DNA from: Octopus vulgaris
Lineage: Eukaryota
NCBI GenBank assembly: GCA_951406725.2
Contig: OX597814.1
Location: 127,968,001-128,032,000 of the forward strand
DNA: 64,000 nt
Direction of reading: 5' to 3'
Shown here: positions 27,169 to 39,877 of the stretch, one piece after another
How positions within the stretch are numbered: position 1 is the first letter of the stretch
How the letters are laid out: each line of letters opens with the position of its first letter
The notes under the pieces: model-generated
The model's database searches: none
Seen by the model: only the letters and a program-made list of their open reading frames with translations
What the model was told of the DNA's origin: nothing
Translations under genes and position numbers: made by a program

Positions 27169-27310
27169 GCAGAGAAGGAGAGAGAGAGAGAGAGAGAGGT
27201 GGTGGTGGTGGTGGTGGTGGAGGTGGCGATGGTGAGTGCATAGAGAAAAGTAATTTATTTTAATTGAGCTGAGTTTTTTTACATCACCTATCACTTAATG
27301 CATGCACATC

Positions 27311-27571
27311 CCAAACTTGCCATTCACTTTAGAAATAAACCAGTTTCCCATTCACCTGTCATATGCAATGACTATCAATAAATCACAAGAGCAGACATTT
27401 GATAAAGCGAGGCTGTTCTTGCCTGAACTTGTATTCGGCCATAGTCAGCTATATGTTGCATTCTGAAGGGCTCGCAAATTATCTGATGTGAGAATTAATA
27501 TTATCAACACTGAGAAAAGAAGAGGGAGAACTTACATGAAGAACATAGTCTGCAAAGGAGTATTTGATTGA
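27311..27571 (+). pseudogene. Helitron RepHel PIF1-type helicase C-terminal remnant (absent from the ORF track)
   Basis: Hand translation LPFTLEINQFPIHLSYAMTINKSQEQTFDKARLFLPELVFGHSQLYVAF*RAR...TYMKNIVCKGVFD* matches PIF1 motifs V/VI (AMTINKSQGQT, VFSHGQLYVALSR); contains an internal stop. Confidence 0.85.
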
Positions 27572-28688
27572 AAAGTGTACACAAATTGATGTGTATTGGT
27601 TCTGATCCATTACCTTGGCTTATAAGTTACCAACGATGTGGGTTTCAGAGTATGCCATGTTGCATTAAATTTTTACCCCCATGAAATTGTGGCCTCCTAT
27701 ATTTCACATATATAATAATTTCTTTTACTATAAAATTTTTGTTTTCTAGATATGAAATTGTGACCATGTAAATTTTAAAATGTAATTTTTTCTGTTTATG
27801 GGAAAAAAGGAAAAATAAGAGTGAATATTTATTTTAAGTGCTGTGTATTAGTGCATAAAGTATATAAAGTATATATATAAAGTGCATTAAGTAATCATTG
27901 TATTCCAATTTCCTTCACTCTTCAATGAATAGCAAATGTGTGACTATCTTTTAATACAAACACAACACAGGTTATGCTTTCAGGATTTTTGGATAAAGTT
28001 TTCAGGAATAACCTAATAGGTTTACTATTAATTCCATGAAATATTCACAGATCCCACTAGTTTGATATCAAGCGCACAAACATTGGAGACATATATATGC
28101 ACACACTCACATCTTGCAGGCTTCTTTCAATTTGCATTTACCAAATTGATGTACTAGGATTTGGCGCTTGTCCAAGACGCCTTTTTTCTTTCTTAATGGT
28201 TTCAGTCAGAGGACTGTGGTCATGCTGGAGCATCACCTGAACTTACCTTCTATCGGAATGACAGGAAGTAGGTTTATGATTTTATAGTAGCTGGTCTTCT
28301 GTGAGTGTATCCTTGAATGACTGGCAGGTCAGGTATCGACATTACGAGTTTATCCCATGTTTTTTTTTCATGTTTCAGTAGAGGTTCCTTTGCACAAAGA
28401 GTGAACCTGAAACCACATAATTGGAAAGCAAATGTTTTAACCATACAACCATTCCTGGGTCTTTGTTTACTTAAAGTTACAACTTGTTCAGTGATAGAAC
28501 AAGTAATGTTGCTCCAGCTGGTAATCTGTAGGATAATATAAATGATCTTCTCAATGGCACTTACATTGTCCCTTTGGTCAATACTATTGCCCTTGATAAA
28601 TCTGAAGCACCTTGCCATGAAACCCTTTAATTATCAAAACCCCCAAAATTAGTGTTTCACCCAAAAACATGACCATTGGCTACTTTAA

Positions 28689-28898
28689 CCCTTTAACATT
28701 CAGATTTCTTTGTCAAATGTATTATTTATTCACATTATTTTGAATTAATCAAGTATTATCTGGTAGCTTCAAAATTTCAATGGTGTGTTTGTATATGTTT
28801 ATAATGACATTGTAGGGTAGGTGTGAGAGGTTGGATCTGGTCAGCTTAAAACAAGAAGAATATTTGGTTCAGATACAGTCAGATTAATTGCCAAAGAG
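28689..28898. mobile_element. TTAA-type MITE of the same family, opposite orientation
   Basis: TTAA-CCCTTT...AAAGAG-TTAA; internally similar to the reverse complement of 22066-22286. Confidence 0.72.
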
Positions 28899-29281
28899 TT
28901 AATGTGTTTTCAAATCACTTTGCTTCAGCAGATAATTTAGGTTGTCTTTTTGCATCTTGGAAAAAAAAAAATAAATAAACATCATTATTACAATTATCCT
29001 TCTCTTTCATTTCCTCTTTCGTTCTTTCTTTTTTCCTCCTTGCTCCCTTTCTCTCTCTTCCCCTCTCTTTGTTCCCCTACATATTCATATACACTTTCTG
29101 AATGGACACAGCAAGACAGTACTCTTAAAGTTAATGAATAAAACATCTGTACACATTTTCATACACATATCACATATCAATTTCATCCATTTATGTACAC
29201 ACATACATGTATAGCGAATTATATCTACACACACAAACACGCAAAAACACAAACACTTACATGTAGTGACTGAATTTCCTT

Positions 29282-29285
<4 letters not shown>

Positions 29286-29379
<94 letters not shown>
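29286..29379. repeat. (CA)n microsatellite
   Basis: Read directly from the sequence. Confidence 0.97.
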
Positions 29380-29380
<1 letters not shown>

Positions 29381-29804
29381 TTATATACTTACAGTCAGAA
29401 TATAATTAGATCCTTTGATCATATAAAAACTTTAATGTATTTTTTAATAAATTTAATTTTCAGATGAAAATTCTAGTTTATTTTATACTAAATTTTTATT
29501 CCATACTTAAAATCGTTGCTACAGTCTATAGCACTTAATTTATATTGAAATTGTTCTACATTTAAAATTGTTCTATAATTATAATTACTTTCTATAACAA
29601 TATTTTTATTAAATTAGTCAAAGAGCTTTGTGTAACAAAAAGTTGTTTTGATAAAAAGTTATTAGCTGAAAATATGTTTGATAAAAGGGGATGGTACATG
29701 TGTATCTTGGTTTCCAGACTAAATATCACATAACCATACATATTGTAAGATGTGGTTGAAAGAGTTTATGTGTGTGTGTGTGTGTGTGTGTGCATGTATG
29801 TATA

Positions 29805-30047
29805 GCTTGGCAAAATTTGATACAGATTCTCAGCTCAACTTTCTCTGTCATGGTCAATGCGATGATCACATGCTACACAGCTTCCTTCCAAGCACTGCTG
29901 TAAACAGTGGAAGTGACCTAGAATATTAAAACTTAAGGTGCATGCACAACAGAGTTCAAAGTCAATCATTGCCAAGTGGTTTCACTCAACATGCTTTAGT
30001 TTCGTTACTATGGCAACAGTCCTGATACTTATTGATCAGATCATGTA
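29805..30047 (-). mobile_element. Mariner 5' end fragment
   Basis: TIR-like tacatgatctgatcaataagtatcaggactg; transposase start MTEKVELRICIKFC (ATG at 29851, minus strand). Confidence 0.72.
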
Positions 30048-30288
30048 TATAAGAAAAGAATGGGTGTATTTCCATGCAGGGAAAAATATAAGAGAATTTA
30101 TTGTGGAAGATGCACCTGAATTTGAAAAAAACTTGTTATTGTTTTTAAATAAATTTATTTACATATATACCAAACTAGTTTCAACAGTAGTTTGTTTATC
30201 AATGGTATAAACATATGGAATTTAAAAAATTTTAAATTCTGAAGTAGAAAACATGTTTAAATGATTAAATGTTCACAAAATTCAATAA

Positions 30289-30710
30289 TAGGTGTAGGAG
30301 TGGCTGTGTGGTAAGTAGCTTGCTTATGAACCACATGGTTCCGGGTTCGGTCCCACTGTGTGGCACCTTAGGCAAGTGTCTTCTACTATAGCTTCGGGCT
30401 GACCAAAGCCTTGTGAGTGGATTTGGTAGATGGAAACTGAAAGAAGCCCATCGTATATATGTGTATATATATGTATGTGTGTGTGTATATGTTTGTGTGT
30501 CTGTGTTTGTACCCCCAACATCACTTGACAATCGATGCTGGTGTGTTTACGTCCCGGTAACTTAGTGGTTCGGCAAAAAGAGGCCGATAGAATAAGTACT
30601 AGACTTACAAAGAATAAGTCCTGGGGTTGATTTGCTCATCTAAAGGCGGTGCTCCAGCATGGCCACAGTCAAATGACTGAAACAAGTAAGAGTGTAAAAG
30701 AGTAAAAGAA
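30289..30710 (+). mobile_element. SINE family A, full length
   Basis: Head taggtgtaggagtggctgtgtggtaag (A-box-like) through the gtaaaaga tail. Confidence 0.88.
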
Positions 30711-30980
30711 TATCAAAAATAATCAGCAAAGAATATAAAAAATGTGGATCACCAAAAGTTCAGTCATACTGAGTTAAGAGAGAGAAAAAAGAAAGGAAGA
30801 AAGTAAAGAAAAAGGGATTTGTTATAGTTTCTTTCGTCTTGGATTCTTTTTACCATCACATGCAGGATTTTTGGATTGTAACAAAGTGTTTTGGAATCAG
30901 TATATTTATAAGTTTTTCCATGAACGAATCTAATTTTTGATTTGTTTAAGTGTCTTATTCTTTCTGGTGGTCAAAGTCTG

Positions 30981-32389
30981 TTAAGGTGGTGCTGGCATTG
31001 GCCACGTTCAGATGGTGCTTTTCATGTGCCACTGGCACAGAAGCCAGTTGGGGCAAGGGAGCTGGCATCGACCATGTTCAGATGGTGCTTTTTACATGCC
31101 ACCAGCAGTCACAACCCATGTTTCACTGCCATGAAGCATGGCAGTTCGCACACATGCATTGTACAATCTCCCCTTTGTCACCAGTAGGGTTAGAAGCGTG
31201 TCTGAACTTTGCCCAGGCAATTCTTATTCTCTGAGCATCCACTCCCACACTACTGACTTGGTTCCCTAGATAGCGGAAACTATCAACTACTTCTAGTTTC
31301 TCCCCCTGCCATGTGATGGAATCTATTTTCTGAGCATCAGTGGTGTTTATTGCCCCTGTGCATCTGCTGCACACGATAGCTAGCTTCCCAGTTAATCATC
31401 CTTTGATGTTGCTGCACCTCTTATGTGCCCATAGCTTACACTGGGTACATCTTATGGAGTTTCTACCTACACCTTTTCCACAGATCGAGCAGTACCACCT
31501 ATTTGAAGGGGTGTGTGATGTGTTCACTTACTAGAACTTTGGTCTTTGCGACATTAACTCTAAGGCCCTTTGACTCTAAACCTTGCTTCCACACATGAAA
31601 TTTCTTCTCTAGTTCTGGTAGTGATTCTGCTATGAGAGCCAGATCATCAGCATAGAGGAACTCCCAGGGCAACCTGCCTTGAATTCCTCTGTTATTGTCT
31701 GGAGGACTATGATGAATAAGAAGGGGCTGAGGGCTGATCCTTGGTAGACCCCTACTTCTACCTGGAATTTTTCACAAAATAATGTGAATAAATAATATAT
31801 TTGACAAAGAAATCTGAATGTTAAAGGGTTAATACTCATTACCAATCCTAACCTTACTAACAGCCTCACTGTATGCAGCCTGTATAACCCTTATTAACCA
31901 TTCGTCAATCCCCAGTTTCTGCATCGCCCACCCGATAAGGGATCGGGGGACCCAGTCAAAGGCTTTCTCCAAGTCCACAAAAGCTAAGTATAAGGGTTTA
32001 TCTTTAGCTAAGTATTTCTCCTGCAGTTGTCAAGCCAGGAATATGGCATCAGTGGTGCTTTTACCCGGCATAAAACCGAACTGCATCTCATCTAAGCAGA
32101 CCCTCTCCCAAATGAGATGGGCTATGACCCTCTCTGTGACCTTTATTATCTGATCCAGCAATTTGATACACCTGTAGTTATTTCTATCTAAAGCATCACC
32201 TTTACCCTTGTAGCAGTTGACTATGGTGCTGCTACGCCAGTCATTGGGTGTGGCTCCATTATGAACCACCTATTTTACAATACAGGTTACTAGGCCATAG
32301 CCCACACCACTATATGTTTTAAGCATCTCAGCAGTGATTCCTGACGGGCCAGGGGCTTTTCCTGGCTTCATACCTTTAATTGCTTTGTC
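30981..32389 (-). mobile_element. RTE-clade LINE fragment with reverse transcriptase core (pseudogene)
   Basis: YKGKGDALDRNNYR, QFGFMPGKSTTDAIF, AFVDLEKAFD, QGSALSP and LYADD (31643-31654); stops; a TTAA-MITE end is inserted at about 31773-31832. Confidence 0.92.
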
Positions 32390-33861
32390 AGAGGTAAAAT
32401 TTCATTGGTCTAGAGATAGGTACCATCAACAACTGGGGGTTTGTATGGTGATTTGGAATTGTAGTTTCAAAACCCAAGAAGAAGACTGTTACTAAAGATT
32501 TTCAAATTGTCTGTTGTTTCTGGTTGCTTTTTTTGTGGAAAAATTGAGTTTTCTCTTGTTTTTAGTGTTTTTCTTCTCTCTAAAGGATATTTATATTATT
32601 TTATTTATATTTTTATATCTATATTTATATTTTCATATTTTTTTAATTGAGTATACTTTCCCCATGCATACCAACCTCCCCTCTCCATGCCACTGATGTT
32701 ATCCAAGAGAAAGGCAAATGTCAATACAACTTGTCATCTGTGACACCACAACTCATTTCTACAGCTGAGTGAACTGGAGCACATGAAAAGAAAGTGTCTT
32801 GCTCATGAACACAGCACACAGCCCAGTCCAGGAATTGAACTCACTACCTCATAATTATGAGCCTGACACTCTAACCACTGAACCATGCACCTTCAATTTG
32901 TAATGTTCTATACTTAATATGTTAAGGAGAATCTGCAGTGCTCCCTCATAGACTGTAATCTAACATCATATATGTTATGATTATTTAGCCCATATCAACC
33001 CTGTTGTAGCAGATATATGAGTAAAGACATTCCAATTGTGACCATTTCATCTTTAATGAATATGTACAGTAACATCTAATGTGTTATTTCACAATTTATC
33101 CAATAATTTCATTATATATATAATTTAAGATGGAGTGAGTTGAAATTTGGTTACTACATCTAGCAGATCTAATGACCTCCATATATATATACTCCTTGTT
33201 AGCTCAGTTGTCAAATATATAAAACCGAATCAGATTAGCCAGCCTTGCAATGTCACTCACTAATTTTACTGATTCTCACAAATACACTTGTTTCGAAGAT
33301 TGATGCGATATATATCAATGCAAAAGCAACCAAACAAACAGCTTTTAGAGCTGTTTTACTACAGGCTAGGCAGGAGGAGAAGGATTTTGGTTGAAAAAAT
33401 TAGTTTAGGAATTTGTGATCTGTAGAAACAAAAGGCCAATGTTTCTTAGCATTTCATTAAACACTAGTTCTATTTTATCAGGCTAAAAATAACATCTAGA
33501 TTCCAGTCTGGCTATTATACTAATACACTGTTCAAGTCTTTGGTTGCAGAATCTTCCAGATAATTGGATAGATAGTGTAAAAAAGAAAGTTTACGCTCGT
33601 CTTACAAGGAGACTGGCCCAGTCTAGTTGGCTTGATTACTTTACTGGAAGAAGATTAACAAAATAAATACAATAATGATATCTAAGTGTGTATGAAACTC
33701 CTGAAGGTATTAGGTTCTCATTAGGATTATCTCTTAATTTAAGTTTATTGATTTCTCATTTTGTAAATGGTGTATGATATCCTGGTTGTATATACTTGTA
33801 TGTTTAGATATACAATGCATACACATGTATGGTATATATATATATATAAATATATATATAT

Positions 33862-34189
33862 ATACAAAATTTAGAAGACTGACCACTAAAAGTGGACAGC
33901 CTATATGCTAGATATAGACGTCAAATCGTTACTTTCCACGAAGAATGTGTTCACAAGAAAATACGCAGCAAAAAAACAAAGTGTAAAAATAAGCAAGACA
34001 AATGAAAATATACGAAATAAAAAGCGATTTTTATTTCGTATATTTTCATTTGTCTTGCTTATTTTTACACTTTGTTTTTTTGCTGAGTATTTTCTTGAGA
34101 ACACATTCTTCGTGGAAAGTAACGATTTGACGTCTATATCTAGCATATAGGCTGTCCACTTTTAGTGGTCAGTCCTCTAAATTTTGTAT
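33862..34189. repeat. Near-perfect 328-bp palindrome (162-bp arms, GCGA loop) between (TA)n tracts
   Basis: Arms are complementary around centre 34025/34026; I found 3 mismatches by eye. Confidence 0.95.
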
Positions 34190-34276
34190 GTAAAACAATT
34201 TTTAATCTTCGGATTTTTTAAAATATGCTAGGCCACTGGTTTTAATGAATTAATATCAATTTCTACCCTTATTTTA

Positions 34277-34312
<36 letters not shown>

Positions 34313-34338
34313 TGTATGTATGTATCTATCTATCTATC

Positions 34339-34374
<36 letters not shown>

Positions 34375-34424
34375 TATATATATATATATTTATATAAAAG
34401 AAAAAGAGTGTATATATATATATG

Positions 34425-34605
34425 GGTGGCACATAAAAAGCACCCACTACACTCACGAAGTGGTTGGCGTTAGGAAGGGCATCCAGCCGTAGAAACACTG
34501 CCAGATTTCACTGGGCCTGATGAAGCCTTCTGGCTTCACAGACCCCAGTAGAACTGTCCAACCCATGCTAGCATGGAAAACGGACGCTAAACGATGATGA
34601 TGATG
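34425..34605 (+). mobile_element. RTE LINE 3' UTR fragment
   Basis: aaaagcacccactacactc...ggacgctaaacgatgatgatg. Confidence 0.78.
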
Positions 34606-35539
34606 ATATAATACACACACATCCGCACATGCATATACATATACATACTCACACAATATACCACCACCACCACCACCGAAACCTCCACCACCTCATCATC
34701 ATCATTTTGTGCTCACTTTTCCATATTGGTCAGGGTTGGATGGTTAGATAAAATGGGTCATGTGCTGTTGCTGTGTCTCAGTTTTGGAATGGTTTCACTG
34801 GCTGGACATCCTTCCTAACAAAAATTTACTGTATGCATTTTTCATGGTACTAGCTGTAGGGCAGGTTTTCATTGTCTAATTCAGATCTTAGTTGGAATGA
34901 GCACATTCCTAGACAGATGGGAAGAGTCAGAACTCTCTTGTACATCACTGGATGCCCTTCCTGTCACCATCTCTTGCATGCGGCATACTTGATGCATTTT
35001 GTGTTGGTACCGTCAATAAAGAGATGATTATTTTAAAGAAAGTTGTTCCTTGCTGTCTGCAGTATCACCATTCAGTCAGTCCTTTCTATCTCACTCTACA
35101 AAGTGGGACTAGAAGAAAGAGAAAGAGGAAGAGTTTGTATGTGTGTGAGAGAGTGTGAAGGAGAGAAAGAAGGGGCAAAGAGAGAGATGTAATGAGACAA
35201 GGAGAGAGAGATAGAAAGGGGAGGAATGTATGTGTATGTGTTAGAGAAAGAGAGTGAGAGAGGGGGAGAAGGAAAGAATGTGTGTTTGAGAGAGAGAGAG
35301 AGTGTGTAAGTATGTGGGGTGTATGTGTGTGGGGTGTATTTGTGTATGTGTATTTGATATAAATGAGAGATGGGTGAGTGGCTAAACAGAGAAAGTGGGT
35401 GTAACAAAGATGGCTTGTGGTAGTTAGAGAATTAATATGAACGTAGTGGGTGGAAGAGATCCAAATGTGGATGATCTACACCCCAACATGATATAAATTG
35501 GTATACTTGCATTCATACATACTTATGTATATGTATATA

Positions 35540-35611
<72 letters not shown>

Positions 35612-35725
35612 CAATATTCCATTATCAATATTCCATTAATTATAAAGTATTACTTAAGCTTACCATGAAATGGTCTTTCTCATGCCGAATTCTACTTGGT
35701 ATATATATATATGTATGTATGTATG

Positions 35726-35758
<33 letters not shown>

Positions 35759-35772
35759 TTTAGAAACTTTAC

Positions 35773-36290
35773 TAGGTGCAGGCGTGGCTGTGTGGTAAGT
35801 AGCTTGCTCACCAACCACATGCTTCTGGGTTCAGTCTCACTGTGTGGCACCTTGGGCAAGTGCCTTCCACTATAGCCTCAGGCCAACAAAAGCGTTGTTA
35901 GTGGATTTGGTAAAGGAGAACTGAAAGTAGCCTGTTGTATGTATATGTATATATGTATGTATGTATGTAGTTAAAAAAATATCGTTACAAATATAAATAT
36001 ACCATAAGCAAGTATAAAAAAAAATGGTGGAGAAAACGATATTGATTCAAAATTAGATTTAATATAAAATTGGTATGTATCTGTACCCCTCCCCATCGCT
36101 TGACAACCAATGCTGGTGTGTTTACAGCCCCATAACTTTGCAGTTTAGCAAAAGAGGCTGATAGAATTAATACTAGGCTTCCAAAGAATAAATCCTGGGG
36201 TCGATTTGTTTGACTAAAGCATGGTCACAGTCAAATGACTGAAACAATTAAAAGAATTTTTTAATTTAATTTAATAAAAGAATAAAAGAA
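35773..36290 (+). mobile_element. SINE family A with an AT-rich insert
   Basis: Matches family A. Confidence 0.78.
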
Positions 36291-36309
36291 TGCAAGTTTT
36301 TTTTTAATA

Positions 36310-36712
36310 TAGGCATTGGATTGGCTCTGTGGTAAGTGGCTTGCTTACCAACCACGTGGTTCCGGATTCAGTCCCACTACGTGGCACCTCGGGCAAGTGT
36401 CTTCTACTATAGCCTCAGGCTGATGAAAGCCTTGTGAGTGGATTTGGTAGACAAAAACTGATAGAAGCCTGTTGTATATATGTATATGTATATGTGTGTG
36501 TGTGTATGTTTGTGAGTCTGTGTTTGTCCCCCCAACATCGCTTGACAACCGATGGTAGTGTGTATACATCCCCGTAACTTAGCGGTTCGGCAAAAGAGGC
36601 TGATAGAATAAGTACTAGGCTTACAAAGAATAAATCTGGGGGTCGATTTACTCGACTAAAGGTGGTGCTCCAGCATGGCCACAGTCAAATGACTGAAACA
36701 AGTAAAAGAGTA
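36310..36712 (+). mobile_element. SINE family A
   Basis: Matches family A. Confidence 0.85.
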
Positions 36713-36832
36713 TATATAACAGCAAATCCATACACACAGCGAAGATACAGTTCTTTTATAAGTGTTACCTATGCAAACCAGCATCAACCTCTTTGGAGTC
36801 TGTTTCATCATAAATACATATTTCTCTTGTAG

Positions 36833-37222
36833 TCTTTTACTTGTCTTAGTCATTTGACTGAGACCATGCTGGAGAACTATCTTAAAGGGTTTAGTTGAAG
36901 AAATCGACCCAAGGACAGACATATTCTTTATAAGCCAAGTTCTTATTCTATTGGTCTCTTTTGCCAAACTGTTAAGTTATGGGGACGTAAACACACCAAC
37001 ATCAGTTGTGAAGCGATGGAGTGGGGATAAATACATATAATAATATACAAACATATATACGACAGGCTTCTCTCAGTTTTTGTCTACCAAACCCACACAC
37101 AAGGCTTTCGTTGGCCTGAGGCTATAGTAGAAGACACTTGGCCAAGGTGTCACACAGTGGGACTGAACCTGGGACCATGTAGTTGAGAAGCAAGCTTCTT
37201 ACCACACAGCGTGCCTATACCT
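36833..37222 (-). mobile_element. SINE family A
   Basis: Reverse-complement match to family A. Confidence 0.82.
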
Positions 37223-38277
37223 ATAAACATATATCCATTGCACAGCACATACTGAAACATACACGTAACTCTTAAATAATCGCACACCAGTTAATACGAA
37301 CACAATGTATTTTTTTAGAAGCTATATGTGTCTTTATTCCCCTCTGGATTTTCAACTGATAAGATGTAATTGTATAATTAGGGCAGTATATTAATAAGGT
37401 TTATGTCTCGTGTATGTCAGAGCTCAGCAGATTCTTCTCTACCTCTGTTCTCCCTTTATAGCTTTCTTCTGATAAGGCACGGATGTAATTTCTGGTGACA
37501 GTTTTTCTAGGAAACTCCTGCAATATATCAGCAGTTCTTGTGTTAGTGTAGTGAAATGAAACCAGCCAGGTTCTGTCACGAATACATAAACATACAGACA
37601 TTGACATAGATATATCACTGTCGTTGTCGCCATCACCGCCGCTACCACTGTCGACGCCACCACCATCATTTAACGTCAACTTTGCCATGCTTGCATGGGT
37701 CAGACAGAATTTGTTAAAATATATTTTCTATGGCCAGATGTCTTTCCTGTCAGCAACCCTCACCTGTTTTCCACACAAGGTAATATTTCCCCTGTGGCCA
37801 GATATAGTTTTATAGAATTCTTGAAATGAACGCACTTCTATGACAATGATGCTCATTTGCAACCAACACAAGATGTCTAGATATGAGTATTCACACTCAC
37901 ACACACACACACACACACGCATGCATTTATAAAACCATTAACTAAGAACACCAATAGGTTTTAAAGGATCACAACAGTTGTTTCAGTAGCATTTTTTTTA
38001 ATTGATGAACAGATCAGTTACATTGATTGAAAAAAAGAAACCACTTTCATCAGGTGAGTTTAAATTTAGGTAGGAGAAGATTCTAGCTGTGTGATAAGAA
38101 CTTTGCAGCATGGTTTTGGGTTCAGTCCCTGAGCAAGTGTCTTAATAAAGCTCCATACTGACCAAAGTGAAAGCTTTGTGAATGGACAAGGTAGATAACC
38201 CATCATGTATGCATGTTTGTATGTATGTATGTACGTACATATGCATGTATGTATGTACGTATGCATGTATGTATGTG

Positions 38278-38605
38278 GTGAAGGTTCATGGTTCAGTGGT
38301 TAGAGCATTGGGTTTCACAATCATGAGGTGGTGAGTTCGATTTCTGGACCAGGCTGTCTGTTGTGTTCTTGAGCAGGAGACTTTATTTCACATTGCTCCA
38401 GTTCACTCAGCTGTAGAAATGAATTGCGATGTCATGGGTACCAAGCTGTATTGGCCTTTACCTTTCCCTTTGATAACATTGGTGGCATGGAGAGTGGTAG
38501 GCATGGGCAAATGCTGGTCCTCCATAAATGACCTTGCCCATACTTTTACTCAGAGGGTAACTTTCTCAGTGCAATCTATGGTCACACGTGACCAAAGGGG
38601 GTCTT
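38278..38605 (+). mobile_element. SINE family C
   Basis: Similar to 14872-15190. Confidence 0.78.
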
Positions 38606-39170
38606 ACCTTGTATGTATGTATGTATGTATGTATGTATGTATGTATGTATGTATGTATGTATGTATGTATGTATGTATGTATGTATCTATGTATCTATGT
38701 ATCTATATGTGTATGTATGTATCTATGTGTGTATGTGTGTATGTATGTATATGTGTATATGAGTGAATGTGTGAGTGTGTGTGTGTGTGTGTGTTATGCA
38801 AGTATGTAAAAGTGGATAATGATGATGATGATAATGATGATTAACATACATCAGCAGTTGTTTTTCACATCCAAGAGCTTCATTTTACTCCCAGACAAAG
38901 GAAATAACATTAGGAAGTAATGTGCTAATATTCTGCCTGCTTGCCCCTAACAGCTCTTAATTAATAAAATTAGCAGAGTCCTTTTTGGGGTAAAACAATA
39001 CTTTTAGAAACAAATTATAGTCATGACCCCATTTCGTTCGCATGGAATAAGTTTTCTTAGTGATTTTAGTCAATATTCTATTTTAGAAAATGAATTCTCA
39101 ATGACAAAAATAATGATACTAAAGATATTTTCAGACAGGCTTTGGAAGCCCCTTGGTTATATATATATAT

Positions 39171-39367
39171 GATAGATCGCTATGATAGATTGCTAGCTAC
39201 TACACATTCTTTATTTTCTCTCCTCGTTTCTTTCTGTGTTCCTTTCTGTGGAAGAGCGTAGGCTCGAAACATTAAATACTTTTTCATTTCCCAAGCGTTA
39301 AACTAATACATCTGCTTGTTGTCTACACCACCAGTCTTCGTCTTTTGTTTTTTTTGTGAATTCTCCC
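39171..39367 (+). mobile_element. TA-flanked short repeat with a hammerhead-like motif (probable Penelope-like pLTR remnant), copy 1
   Basis: Similar to 39872-40089; contains ctgtggaa-GAGC-gtag-GCTC-gaaac. Confidence 0.6.
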
Positions 39368-39405
39368 TATATATATACATACATACATACATATATACAT
39401 ATATG

Positions 39406-39455
<50 letters not shown>

Positions 39456-39470
39456 TATATAGATATATAG

Positions 39471-39511
<41 letters not shown>

Positions 39512-39597
39512 CATATACATATACATATATACATACATACATACATACATAATACAAGCATACATAATACTCACACACACACAGACACACATATACA

Positions 39598-39816
39598 CAC
39601 GAGTGGGAGCTGAGAAGTTCCTGGTTTTGGATAAAAGAAAATGCCGGAGGATCAGTTAATGATGTGATTTTTTTCAACATATTCTCCTCTCAGATTCACA
39701 CACTAATTGCAGTGGTCCTTCAATTTTTCTAAGCCCTGTAAAAGAACATGAAAGGTTGAGTCCCCAACCAGGCCTTTCATGATACCCTTAAAGCCAGGAA
39801 CTTTTCAGCACCTCCT

Positions 39817-39820
<4 letters not shown>
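39598..39820. mobile_element. Mariner-derived MITE
   Basis: Imperfect TIRs gctgagaagttcctgg / ccaggaacttttcagc embedded in microsatellite. Confidence 0.75.

Positions 39821-39871
<51 letters not shown>

Positions 39872-39877
<6 letters not shown>

Noticed and set aside
33901-34150. Two nearly identical 81-aa ORFs on opposite strands
   Set aside because: A direct consequence of the palindrome; no domain and no splice context.
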